Made by a program: the position numbers and the translations under genes. The notes below the pieces were generated by a model. That model saw only the letters and a list, made by a program, of their open reading frames with translations. It made no database searches and was not told the DNA's origin. Of a stretch of DNA of 64,000 nt, positions 13,079 to 22,051 are shown in pieces; positions within the stretch are counted from its first letter, which is position 1; each line of letters starts with the position of its first letter. Source of the DNA: Acidobacteriota bacterium (GTDB taxonomy: Bacteria; Acidobacteriota; Blastocatellia; Pyrinomonadales; Pyrinomonadaceae); NCBI GenBank assembly GCA_020200235.1, contig JAIVJC010000008.1:449-64448 (forward strand), read 5' to 3'.

Positions 13079-13135
13079 AGGGCGTCACGCCCGGCGCGAG
13101 CCTCCGGAGGAGACCCGCGCCGGGCGTGACGCCCT
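13079..13135. terminator. 20-bp inverted repeat downstream of the 13157-14710 gene
   Basis: agggcgtcacgcccggcgcg ... cgcgccgggcgtgacgccct is a perfect stem. Confidence 0.55.
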
Positions 13136-13156
13136 GTCGTCGCATCGGTTTATTTA

Positions 13157-14710
13157 CTAACGCCGCGGACTGCTCGAACGGACTGTCACTTCGCTGCCGC
13201 GCAACAGTTCCAGATCGTCGCGGCCCTGCACGTAGACCGAGCCGGCGCCCGCGCCCGCGCCGACGACCGCGCCGATGGCAGCGCCCGAGCCGCCGCCCGC
13301 GATGGCTCCGATGATGGCGCCGACCGCCGTGCCGATAGCCGTGCGCTGCACGGTGCGGTTCGTCTGGCTGCTGTCGCGCACGCCGCCCTCGTTATCGACC
13401 TTGACGCTCTCGCCGTTAGTCGAGCGGATGCCCTCGACGAAGCCGGAGAAGGTGTAGCTGCGCCCGTCGCGCAGGACGATGCGGTCGAAGTTGAAGCTCA
13501 TCTCCGAGCGACCCGTGACGCGACCCGAGCGGGCGACGCCCGAGATGTGACCCTGCAGCGACGCGCCCGCGTACTCCGAAGGCTGCGTGACCGTCATCGT
13601 GAACTGCTCGCCCTCTCGCGTGGTGCGCGTGCTCAGGTCCTGATCGAGCGTGGCGCTCAGCGTGACGCCGTCGGGCACGATGAACTCGCTGCTCGCGGTC
13701 GGCACGGTCGTCCCGGCTGTGTAGCCGCCGCCACGGTAAACGTCGAATTGCGCTACGTCGGACGTGCGCTCGTAGACGCTGCGGACGGTAACGGGCGTGC
13801 GCAGGTTGATGTCGGAGATGCGGCGGGTGACTTCGAGCCGCCGACCGCCCTCTATCGGATCGAACGTGACCGTGAAGTCGCTGTCGCGGTCGCCGGTCGT
13901 GCTGACGATGAGCTGGTCGCCGTAGACGCTCGCCCTGGCGCGGACGGAGTGCCCGTCAGCCGCCTGCTCGACGCGCTCGCGCCCGTCGGCGACGAACGTG
14001 ATCTGCGGGGCGCGGGTCGAAGCGATGGTCACCTGCGTGCCGCGACGCTCGACGGCGAGTGTGTCGGGCGCTTCGAGGCGCGCGATCAGGGCGTCCTCGG
14101 TGCGCTGCCGGTTATAACCCGGAAGGGCTCTCGACGCGTTCTGCGCCGCGGTGCGCGGATCGTCGCTGCGCGAAACGTCGAGGCGGTAAGTGCCGGTCAG
14201 CAGACGGTCGACGCCGTAGACAGTGCTCGTGCCCGGTAACGGGTTGTTGCCGTAGCCGCCGCGAGCCGTGTCGGGGTTCCAGGTGATGCCGTAGGCGCTC
14301 GCCAGCTCGCCGAGATCGGCGCGGACGGTCGCCCAGTCGTCGTTGACGTTACCCTCGAGCTGGTTGCGTCTGAGGAAATTATCGACGAGCGTCGCGCGGT
14401 CGAGCACGAGACGGACGTCGGCGACGGTCGCCCGCCGCTGATTGTTGCGCGTGCGGAGCTGCGTCGTGGCGTTGACGAAGTCTGTGATGTAAAGGTTGAT
14501 GTTGTTCTCGCGCCGCGTGTTGTCGATGCGGCTGTTCCTGATCGCGTAGTCGAGGTCCGTGCGGAAGCGCGCCGTGTCGCTCTGGACGCGGCTGATGATC
14601 TGCGCCACCTGGAAGCGGTTGACGCGCGCGCGCTGCGCCTGCGCCGTCAGCCCCGTGGTGACAAAGGCTAAAAGGAGTGCCGCCGAAATGATTCTTCTTG
14701 CGTGGTTCAT
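13157..14710 (-). CDS. Secreted/envelope hypothetical protein with C-terminal glycine zipper
   Basis: Signal peptide; helical N-domain; TrbI-like VPDGVTL..L...LST segment; GTAVGAIIGAIAGGGSGAAIGAVVGAGAG zipper. Confidence 0.7.
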   Translation of the reverse strand: MNHARRIISAALLLAFVTTGLTAQAQRARVNRFQVAQIISRVQSDTARFRTDLDYAIRNSRIDNTRRENNINLYITDFVNATTQLRTRNNQRRATVADVRLVLDRATLVDNFLRRNQLEGNVNDDWATVRADLGELASAYGITWNPDTARGGYGNNPLPGTSTVYGVDRLLTGTYRLDVSRSDDPRTAAQNASRALPGYNRQRTEDALIARLEAPDTLAVERRGTQVTIASTRAPQITFVADGRERVEQAADGHSVRARASVYGDQLIVSTTGDRDSDFTVTFDPIEGGRRLEVTRRISDINLRTPVTVRSVYERTSDVAQFDVYRGGGYTAGTTVPTASSEFIVPDGVTLSATLDQDLSTRTTREGEQFTMTVTQPSEYAGASLQGHISGVARSGRVTGRSEMSFNFDRIVLRDGRSYTFSGFVEGIRSTNGESVKVDNEGGVRDSSQTNRTVQRTAIGTAVGAIIGAIAGGGSGAAIGAVVGAGAGAGSVYVQGRDDLELLRGSEVTVRSSSPRR

Positions 14711-15254
14711 TTACTCTTCCCTCCGGTCTTGAAATTCCAAGTGATGTTTGAGCCGAAGCCCTCGCGCCAGCCGCCCATTCCGGGAAGCCGTTTGCGCTTT
14801 ACATTAACGGGGGGAGTTTCAGTCGGACGCCGAGGAGAGCGGGAGACTTGAGCCGCGCCGAAATAATTTCGCGCGTGGTTTGAACTTTCCGAAGTGTCGC
14901 GCCCGCGTTCCGAGGAGTCTCGTGTGCGGGCTTTTAGCGCGACCCTGTAAAATCTGATTCACATCCGCGCAGCTCAGGTTGCCGCGATTTCCGACCCACC
15001 AAAGCGGGGTGTTTACCCACCGTTTTCAATGTACAAAGATCGTCCACAGCGTACCGTTCCGCGTATCGTGCGGGTTCACCGCGCCGACGAAGAGCGCCGC
15101 TAACTCCTACGAACTGAATGATTCGCACTTTCCCACCTACGTCCTATTGCAATTACCGTGCGCGCGCGTTGACCCGGCGACCGACGCACCGGCGGCTGAG
15201 TCCCCGGCTCCGGCTCGTGCTATCCTGTCCGAACCCTGACGGAGGTGAATCGGA

Positions 15255-15689
15255 GTGGAAACAGGCGACGCCAAAGCCGTCGTAAAGTTCGCGGGCGACG
15301 ATCTCTTCGTCGCCGTCTCCGCGAGCGGTCACGCGCTGGCGGTCGAGACCGACTCGGCACGCTCGCGCGCGGCGACGCCGATGGAGCTGCTGCTCCTCGC
15401 CGTCGGCTCCTGCACGGGTGTGGACGTGATCTCGATCCTCCGCAAGAAGCGCGAGCGCGTGACGGGCTATCACATAGAGGTGCGCGGCGAGCGCCGCGCG
15501 GAGCACCCGCGCTCTTACACGCGCATCGAGGTGAGGCACGTCCTCAGCGGTCACAACCTCTCGGAACGCGCCGTCGCGCAGGCGATTGAGTTGTCCGACA
15601 CGAAGTATTGCAGCGTCGCCGCGACGCTCCGACCCGCGGTTGAGATCGTCACGAGCTATGAGATCGTGGAGGACGGGTCGGCCGTGTGA
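15255..15689 (+). CDS. OsmC/YhfA family protein
   Basis: PMELLL..VGSCTGVDV and KYCSV two-cysteine motifs; GGAGG RBS; TGcTATCCT extended -10 at 15218-15226. Confidence 0.9.
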   Translation: METGDAKAVVKFAGDDLFVAVSASGHALAVETDSARSRAATPMELLLLAVGSCTGVDVISILRKKRERVTGYHIEVRGERRAEHPRSYTRIEVRHVLSGHNLSERAVAQAIELSDTKYCSVAATLRPAVEIVTSYEIVEDGSAV

Positions 15690-15756
15690 GGCACGGCGCA
15701 ACTGAATGGGCGTGGGCTCGTCGTCAGGAAAAGCTTGCGCCCGCGCGCCCACTTGC

Positions 15757-15765
15757 TGCTAGAAT
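15757..15765 (+). promoter_or_regulatory. Extended -10 promoter for the metallothionein gene
   Basis: TGcTAGAAT about 45 bp upstream of the ATG. Confidence 0.45.
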
Positions 15766-15809
15766 GCCCGCCTGACCCTGAGCATCAATTTACTTCCGAG
15801 GAGAAAGAC

Positions 15810-15953
15810 ATGGCTGACGAGAAGAAGAATTGCAAACACCCCGGCTGCCTGTGCCCGGCGGACGAAGACAGCGACTATTGCAGCGCCTACTGCCAGGGGG
15901 CGGGGCAACAACCGGAAACGATCTGCGATTGCGGCTGCCCCGACTGCATGTAA
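15810..15953 (+). CDS. Prokaryotic metallothionein-like protein (47 aa)
   Basis: MADEKKNCKHPGCLCPADEDSDYCSAYCQGAGQQPETICDCGCPDCM has 9 Cys and 1 His, with the YCSxxC core; GAGGAG RBS. Confidence 0.8.
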   Translation: MADEKKNCKHPGCLCPADEDSDYCSAYCQGAGQQPETICDCGCPDCM

Positions 15954-15974
15954 GCGCATCTTAGGTTTCGACCG

Positions 15975-16028
15975 ACCGGCTGAAGCGACTCCCCGCCCGG
16001 GCGCGCGTCTTCAGCCGGTTAATTTTTT
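15975..16028 (+). terminator. Rho-independent terminator after the metallothionein gene
   Basis: Stem accggctgaag...cttcagccggt followed by taatttttt. Confidence 0.55.
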
Positions 16029-16093
16029 CCGGCAGCTCGGGCGTTGACGGTCGCGCGTTTCGATGGCGCGCCTGCCGAATCATTCCCGCCATC

Positions 16094-17605
16094 TTGAGAA
16101 CGCGAAGAAAGATGATCGTCCCTTCCACACTGATCCTCAGCCCCGTGCTCTACGCGCTGGCGCTGCTCCCGGCCTGCTACCGCGCGCCGAGCCCGAACGC
16201 GAACTCGCCGGCGGCCGCGCCCGCGAGCGCGGTCTTCTTCGAGTCGCTCCCGACGGACGAGCAGGGCGGCGACGACGCGCTCGCGAACGCGCGCCGCCTC
16301 GACCGCCAGAACCGCGGCGCGGACGGCGGTCTCTCGACGCTGCCGCCGCAGGAGCACATGCGCCGCGCCGCCGTCTACCTCGCCAACCGCGCCTTCTCGG
16401 AAGCGCGCGAGCACTGGACGGCGCTCATCGCGCAGTACCCCGCGGACGCGAACGTGCCCGGCTCGCTCTTCGGCATCGGTCGCTCCTACTACGTCGAGCG
16501 CCGCTACGCCGAGGCGCTCCCCTTCTTCGAGCGTCTGGGTCGCGACTTCGCGGGGCAGAAGGAGGGGCGGGAAGGCTTCTACTACACCGCCGCGACGATC
16601 CTGCGCCTGGGCAGACCGGCGGATGCCGCCGCGCGCTACCTCGAATACGCCGAGCGCCACCCGCAGGGCGAGCGCATCGAGAACGCCTACCTGAACGCCA
16701 TCGACAGTTGGCGCGAAGCGGGTCGCGACGATCTCGCGCGGCAGTGGATCGGCTCGGCGCGCGAGCGGTTCCGCGGCAAGCCCTCGGAGGCGAACGCGCT
16801 CTTCGCCCTGCTCCGACTCGAAATCGCGGCGGGCGAGTGGCAGTCGGCGGTGCGCGCGGCGGATCAGATGCGCGGCGTCGCGTTCAACAAGGACGTGCAG
16901 ACGACGCAGGCGGAAGTCACATACCTCAAAGCCTACGCGCTGGAGCGCTCCGGTCAGAAGGCGCAGGCTGGCGCCGTCTACCAATCGATCACGGACCGCG
17001 CCGCTTCATACTACGGCTGGCAGGCGACCGAGCACTTGCATGATTTGGGCGGAGACTGGAAACGCGCCGCGGCTGTGAGGGCGGCGTCGGTGAAGAGGGA
17101 GGTGGAAGCGGCGGCGGCGAACTTCCCCGCCCCGAATCGCGAGGTGCTGTTGCGCGCGGTGAAGGGCAAGAACGTCGATCCGCGCTACGTCCTCTCGATC
17201 ATGCGGCAGGAGAGCAGCTTTAATACGCGCGCGCGCTCGCTCGCCGGCGCGCGCGGACTGCTCCAGCTCACCATCGACGTGGCGAACAAGTACGCGAAGG
17301 GCGCCGGGCTGGAACGGGTGATCGAGGACGACCTCTACCGACCCGAAGTGAACATCCCCGTCGGCGTCGAATACCTCTCGCAGCTCTTCCGCATGTTCCC
17401 CGACCTGCCCGAAGGGGTCGCGGCTTCATACAACGGCGGCGAGGACAACGTCGAGCGCTGGGTGCGCCGCGCCGTCCACAAAGACAACGGAGTCTTCGCC
17501 GCCGAGATCGGCTTCGCCGAGTCAAAAGACTACGCGCTGAAGGTAATGGCGAACTACCGCGCCTACCAGCAGCTCTACACCTCCGACCTCCAGCGGAGAC
17601 GCTGA
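16094..17605 (+). CDS. Lipoprotein lytic transglycosylase (TPR/BamD-like repeats plus SLT domain)
   Basis: Lipobox LLPAC; TPR helices; SLT motifs IMRQES, GARGLLQL, ASYNGG and ESKDY. Confidence 0.88.
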   Translation: MRTRRKMIVPSTLILSPVLYALALLPACYRAPSPNANSPAAAPASAVFFESLPTDEQGGDDALANARRLDRQNRGADGGLSTLPPQEHMRRAAVYLANRAFSEAREHWTALIAQYPADANVPGSLFGIGRSYYVERRYAEALPFFERLGRDFAGQKEGREGFYYTAATILRLGRPADAAARYLEYAERHPQGERIENAYLNAIDSWREAGRDDLARQWIGSARERFRGKPSEANALFALLRLEIAAGEWQSAVRAADQMRGVAFNKDVQTTQAEVTYLKAYALERSGQKAQAGAVYQSITDRAASYYGWQATEHLHDLGGDWKRAAAVRAASVKREVEAAAANFPAPNREVLLRAVKGKNVDPRYVLSIMRQESSFNTRARSLAGARGLLQLTIDVANKYAKGAGLERVIEDDLYRPEVNIPVGVEYLSQLFRMFPDLPEGVAASYNGGEDNVERWVRRAVHKDNGVFAAEIGFAESKDYALKVMANYRAYQQLYTSDLQRRR

Positions 17606-17619
17606 GAGAAAACCTTCTC

Positions 17620-18207
17620 CTACGAGTTGCGCCAGATGCGTAGTTGCTCACGACGCTTGGCCTCGCTACGCTCCCGAAGTTTAGCCGCCGGGTAGCCGAT
17701 CACGAAGAGGACGAAGCCGAGCGCAGCCCCAGTTGCGTACTGCTCACCTGTCGGACTAATCATCGCACCCATAGCTCCCATCATCGGCTCATATTGAGTT
17801 ACATTTGTATCGGGCACGCTAACAGGTGAAACGGGCGCGCTAACGGGCTCACTCTTCTCCGGCGCGGGCGCAATTCCGACCCCGGCAAAGAAGCCGATGA
17901 TCGTTGCGAATACCGCGCTCGAAACTTTCGAGACGCGGCGCTTGAGGGCGCGCAAACCTACGGGACAGCTCCGCGTCAGCATCGTCCCGTCCTTGCGGCA
18001 GTAGAAGCGGACGCATAGACGTGCTCCTTCCCAACGCATGACGAGTCGCTCGGCTTCCTTACTCGTCATCTCCGATAAGTTGTAGACGTTCAGGCTGCAA
18101 CGGTGGCAGAAGCGCACGCGCTTGTCGCCCCGCATCTCGTCCCAGTCAGCCTCGCACGGCGCGGCTATCCGCACGCGGTCGAGTGCGTTCGTGAAGCGTA
18201 CCACCAT
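17620..18207 (-). CDS. Hypothetical membrane protein with Cys-rich N-terminal domain
   Basis: RIAAPC..DWDEM.GD..VRFCxxCSLNVYNLS...LCVRFY motif followed by two hydrophobic segments. Confidence 0.65.
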   Translation of the reverse strand: MVVRFTNALDRVRIAAPCEADWDEMRGDKRVRFCHRCSLNVYNLSEMTSKEAERLVMRWEGARLCVRFYCRKDGTMLTRSCPVGLRALKRRVSKVSSAVFATIIGFFAGVGIAPAPEKSEPVSAPVSPVSVPDTNVTQYEPMMGAMGAMISPTGEQYATGAALGFVLFVIGYPAAKLRERSEAKRREQLRIWRNS

Positions 18208-18296
18208 CGCGTCCACCCCCGGCTCAAGTTTCCCTCACCGGAGTTAGACACCGCGCTCGCGCATTCGTTCCGCGCCGCGCTCTCACCCCGCGCCAT

Positions 18297-19217
18297 TCAC
18301 TGCGGTGGGTCGGGACAGAAGCGCGGGTCTGCGAAGCCGCGCGCGCGCTCGCGACGCCGCAGCGGATCGGGTTGATCATAGTGGCGCGGCAGGACGCCGA
18401 GCCGCACGAGCGCGGGGCGGTATTCATAACGAAGCGTGACCTCCGCCGCCGGGTCCCGTTCGAGGTCGAGGTTCACCCAGCGCACGTCGTGTCCGACCGA
18501 GCGACCGATGCCCGTCGCCGCGTACTCGTCGTCGCGCGCGGGCTCGGCGGCGCGGTTTCTGGCGGCGCCCGCCGCCCCGCTCGACGACTGCGAGGGCTGC
18601 GGCGCTGACTTCATCTTGCTCTCCTCGTCGCGGCTCGACTCGCCCAGCGGTCGCGGGCTCGGCGGCACGACCTCCGAATACCCCGCACGCTCGCGGAAGA
18701 AGACGGCGGTGATGACGCCCACGTCCGCGGCGCGCCCGAGCTTCTTCGCGTAGGAGTCGCGCTCGGAGGTGAAGTAGAAGCGGCGCGCGCGCGTCTGGCT
18801 CATCTGCCAGCCGGTGACGGTGATCGTGCCGTAGGGCTGGACGACCCACTTGCTCGCGTCGCGCGCCGTCGTGCGCCGCGCGTCGATGGTGTTGAGCCCG
18901 TCGACCGAGAGCGCGACCGCGACGCGCACGGGCAGCGGGTTGCGGATCCGCAGCACGTACTCGGAGCCGGCGACCGCCTCGACGTAAACCCTGCCGCGCC
19001 CCGGTAATTGTTCGAGCGGCGAGCCGCCGACGATGACCTCGACGCCGAACGGGTCGTAGCGGACGGGGTGCGCCGGTCGCCCCCACGGCCGCTCCTGCCC
19101 CGCTTCGTCGCCCTCGATTAACGCAGTCGTCTCGTCCTTCGAGCCGCCCGCGAAGACCGCCGCGCCGAGTGTCGCGAAGCAGGCGCAGCAGAACGCCGCC
19201 GCAAAAGTCTTTCGCAT
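18297..19217 (-). CDS. Secreted hypothetical protein
   Basis: Signal peptide; YxLRIRN...ALSVDGLN, GWQ..S....RFYFT, GVI.AVFFRE and ATGIG motifs; GGAGG RBS. Confidence 0.7.
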   Translation of the reverse strand: MRKTFAAAFCCACFATLGAAVFAGGSKDETTALIEGDEAGQERPWGRPAHPVRYDPFGVEVIVGGSPLEQLPGRGRVYVEAVAGSEYVLRIRNPLPVRVAVALSVDGLNTIDARRTTARDASKWVVQPYGTITVTGWQMSQTRARRFYFTSERDSYAKKLGRAADVGVITAVFFRERAGYSEVVPPSPRPLGESSRDEESKMKSAPQPSQSSSGAAGAARNRAAEPARDDEYAATGIGRSVGHDVRWVNLDLERDPAAEVTLRYEYRPALVRLGVLPRHYDQPDPLRRRERARGFADPRFCPDPPQ

Positions 19218-19337
19218 CTCTTCGACCTCCTCCGATTATTCCGAGCCACTATTTGAACGCGGCTCTCCTCATTTCCTTGCGGGCGCGGCGGCGGTTTGTG
19301 GTACAAAACTTCGGCGGGGGACGGAGGCGACTGCCGG

Positions 19338-21200
19338 ATGATTAGTTTCGGGGCGGACGAATGCGCGCGGCTCGACGCGGCTTCGCGGCGCGAGTGGCTT
19401 GAGACGAACGGGCTGGGCTTCACCTACCGCGCGGGCGATTTCGAGATCGAAAAAAAAGTCTTCATGCAGCACTGTCAGAACACGACGGTCGTCCGCTACG
19501 GCTTCACCGCGCCGCGGGGTGCGAAGGCTCGGCTCGAACTCCGCCCGCTCGTCGCCTTCCGCGACTACCACTCGCTCGCGCGCGAGGCGCTCGACATCTT
19601 TCTCCGCGCCGAGATGAAGAAGGGGCTCCTGCGACTCGGCAGGCGCGACGACTCCCTCGCGCTCTTCCTCGCGCACGACGCGCGCTCGGTCTCCGTCGAA
19701 GGGCTCTGGTACAGGAACTTCGAGTACGCGGAAGAGCGCGAGCGCGGCTTCGACTGTCACGAAGACCTCTTCAACCCGTGCCTGCTGACGTTCGACGTTT
19801 CAAGCGGCTCTTCGTGCGACATCATCGCCTCGACGGAGCGGCGCGACGCGGGCGAAGCCGCGCTGCTCGAAGACTCGGAGCGCGCGCGTCGCCGCGGACT
19901 CAGCCTTTCCATCTTAGAGGTAAACACACAAGCCTCTGCGAAAGACGACAACACCGCATCATCAAGTGGGGTGAAGGACGAACGCGATGACGGCATCGAA
20001 GCAGCGGAGCAGGATGTTGATGAAGACATCGCGGGCGGCGAAGAGCGCGCCGAGCATCTGAAGTCGCTCGCGCGCGCCGCCGATCAGTTCGTCGTCCGCC
20101 GCGGCGAAAGCCTCTCGACCGTCATCGCCGGCTACCACTGGTTCACCGACTGGGGGCGCGACACGATGATCTCGCTCACGGGTCTCGCCCTCGTGTCGCG
20201 CCGCTTCGAAGAGGCGCGCGAAACCCTCCTCGCCTTCGCCGCGAGCCTCGATCAGGGCTTGATCCCGAACCGCTTCCCCGACGCGGGCGAACGCCCCGAA
20301 TACAACACCGCCGACGCCACGCTCTGGTTCGTCAACGCCGTGGGCGAGTACCTGCGCCGCGCGCGGGACGAACAGTTCGTCCGCGAGAAATTGTACGAGC
20401 CCCTTCTCGAGATCATCCGCTGGCACGAGCGCGGCACGCATTACGGGATCCGCATGGCGGAGGACAGTCTGCTGCGCGCGGGCGACGTGGACGCGCAGGT
20501 CACCTGGATGGACGTGAAGCTCGGCGACTATCTGGTGACGCCGCGCACGGGCAAGCCCGTCGAGATTCAAGCGCTCTGGTACAACGCGCTGCGCACGGTC
20601 GAGGCGCTCGCGCGCCGCTTCGGCGACGAGCCCACGCGCAACCGCTGCCGTGCCACAGCCGACGCCGCGCGCGCCAGCTTCAACGGTCTCTTCTGGAACG
20701 AGGCGGAGGATTGTCTCTACGACTGCGTCTCCGACGCGGGCGAGCCGGACGACTCGCTGCGACCGAATCAAATCTTCGCCGTCAGCCTGCCGCACGCGAT
20801 CACGACGGGCGAGCGGGCGCGCTCGGTCGTCCGCAAGGTCGAGCAGGAGTTGCTCACGCCCTTCGGTCTGCGCTCGCTCTCGCCGCGCCACCCCGCATAC
20901 CGCGGTCGCTACGAGGGCGACGCATACTCGCGCGACACCGCGTATCATCAGGGCACGGTCTGGGCCTGGCTGCTGGGTCCCTTCGTCACGGCTTACCTGA
21001 AAGTTAACGACCGCTCGCCGGAGAGCGTGGCAGCGGCGCGCGGCTGGCTCGGCAACTTCCGCGCGCACCTGCGCGAGGCGGGGCTCGGTCAAGTCTCCGA
21101 AATCTTCGACGGCGACGCGCCCCACGCGCCGCGCGGCTGCATCGCCCAAGCCTGGAGCGTCGCCGAGATTTTGCGTTGCGAGTTGGAAGAGGTAGGCTGA
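19338..21200 (+). CDS. Amylo-alpha-1,6-glucosidase / glycogen debranching enzyme, with apparent in-frame N-terminal deletion
   Basis: REWLETNGLG, IAGYHWFTDWGRDTMISL, TWMD, LRPNQ, YHQGTVW and AQAWSVAE motifs. The usual segment after NGLG is absent. Confidence 0.88.
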   Translation: MISFGADECARLDAASRREWLETNGLGFTYRAGDFEIEKKVFMQHCQNTTVVRYGFTAPRGAKARLELRPLVAFRDYHSLAREALDIFLRAEMKKGLLRLGRRDDSLALFLAHDARSVSVEGLWYRNFEYAEERERGFDCHEDLFNPCLLTFDVSSGSSCDIIASTERRDAGEAALLEDSERARRRGLSLSILEVNTQASAKDDNTASSSGVKDERDDGIEAAEQDVDEDIAGGEERAEHLKSLARAADQFVVRRGESLSTVIAGYHWFTDWGRDTMISLTGLALVSRRFEEARETLLAFAASLDQGLIPNRFPDAGERPEYNTADATLWFVNAVGEYLRRARDEQFVREKLYEPLLEIIRWHERGTHYGIRMAEDSLLRAGDVDAQVTWMDVKLGDYLVTPRTGKPVEIQALWYNALRTVEALARRFGDEPTRNRCRATADAARASFNGLFWNEAEDCLYDCVSDAGEPDDSLRPNQIFAVSLPHAITTGERARSVVRKVEQELLTPFGLRSLSPRHPAYRGRYEGDAYSRDTAYHQGTVWAWLLGPFVTAYLKVNDRSPESVAAARGWLGNFRAHLREAGLGQVSEIFDGDAPHAPRGCIAQAWSVAEILRCELEEVG

Positions 21201-21236
21201 ATCCTATCGTCGTGTAGGTTGGTACCGCCTGCCACT

Positions 21237-21374
21237 TTCGATTGCGGAATGCGGATTGCGGATTGCGGATAAGGGGGATCGAGCCATTCTCTCATTGACC
21301 AAATGACTCAACGACTCAATGAGACAGTGATTTAATCCTCTTCAATCCGCATTCCGAAATCCGAAATCCGCAAT
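21237..21374. repeat. Inverted heptamer-repeat element (ATTGCGG-like left arm, AATCCGC-like right arm) with nested core
   Basis: Left arm attgcgg aatgcgg attgcgg attgcgg; right arm aatccgc attccga aatccga aatccgc aat; inner inverted pair tctcattga...tcaatgaga. Confidence 0.85.
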
Positions 21375-21394
21375 TCTCACTGAGGAATCGTTGA

Positions 21395-21556
21395 ATGCCG
21401 ACCAACACGCCGCCGCCCTATTTCCCGCAGGGCTCGCTACAGCCGCCCGACCCGAACCGCTGGCGCAAGATCAAGGGCGGGTTCTTCGGCTGCCTCGCGC
21501 TCATCCTCCTCCTGCTCGTCGCGCTGGCGACGTGGCTCGTCACGCGCGCACACTGA
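21395..21556 (+). CDS. Small single-pass membrane protein (53 aa)
   Basis: MPTNTPPPYFPQGSLQPPDPNRWRKIKGGFFGCLALILLLLVALATWLVTRAH*; GAGGA RBS; GC3-rich codons. Below the ORF-track cutoff. Confidence 0.65.
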   Translation: MPTNTPPPYFPQGSLQPPDPNRWRKIKGGFFGCLALILLLLVALATWLVTRAH

Positions 21557-21568
21557 GCCCCGAATCCG

Positions 21569-22042
21569 TCAGACGCGCCGCGCCGCGAAGCGTTGTACGA
21601 GGACTACGACGAGCAGCAGCGTCGTGACGGAAGCCGAGAGCAGGCAGTACTGGCAGAAGGCGTGGAGCACGAAGGCTTGCAGGTACAAGAGCCACAGCGA
21701 GAACAGGAACATTAACGCGACGAGGACTGTGAGGAGCCTGCGCGCGGAGGCGTAGCCGAAGGCGGCGAGCGTGGCGAGGCTGAAGGCTGTGAAGTACGCC
21801 GCCGCGCCGAACGCCGCGAGCGGCAAGCCGCCGACGGTCGCGTAGCGGCTGCCGAGGACTTCCGCGCACCCGTGCGTGATCGAGCACTGGAGCGTCGTGC
21901 CGTTCAGGTGCTCCACCGTCAGGTAGATCGCGTCGCACAGCCCGACGAGCGCGAGCAGCGCGGCGCAGGCGTCGAGCAGCGCGGCGCGCGTCGATCCGAC
22001 CGACCCCGCGAACGCCCCCCCGCCCTCCGTTCTTTCAGACAC
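21569..22042 (-). CDS. Vitamin K epoxide reductase (VKOR) family protein
   Basis: C-x5-C (CSITHGC), VLGSRYA, CxxC (FCQYC) and multiple TM helices; lies downstream of DsbA. Confidence 0.9.
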   Translation of the reverse strand: MSERTEGGGAFAGSVGSTRAALLDACAALLALVGLCDAIYLTVEHLNGTTLQCSITHGCAEVLGSRYATVGGLPLAAFGAAAYFTAFSLATLAAFGYASARRLLTVLVALMFLFSLWLLYLQAFVLHAFCQYCLLSASVTTLLLVVVLVQRFAARRV

Positions 22043-22051
22043 GATAGCCGC

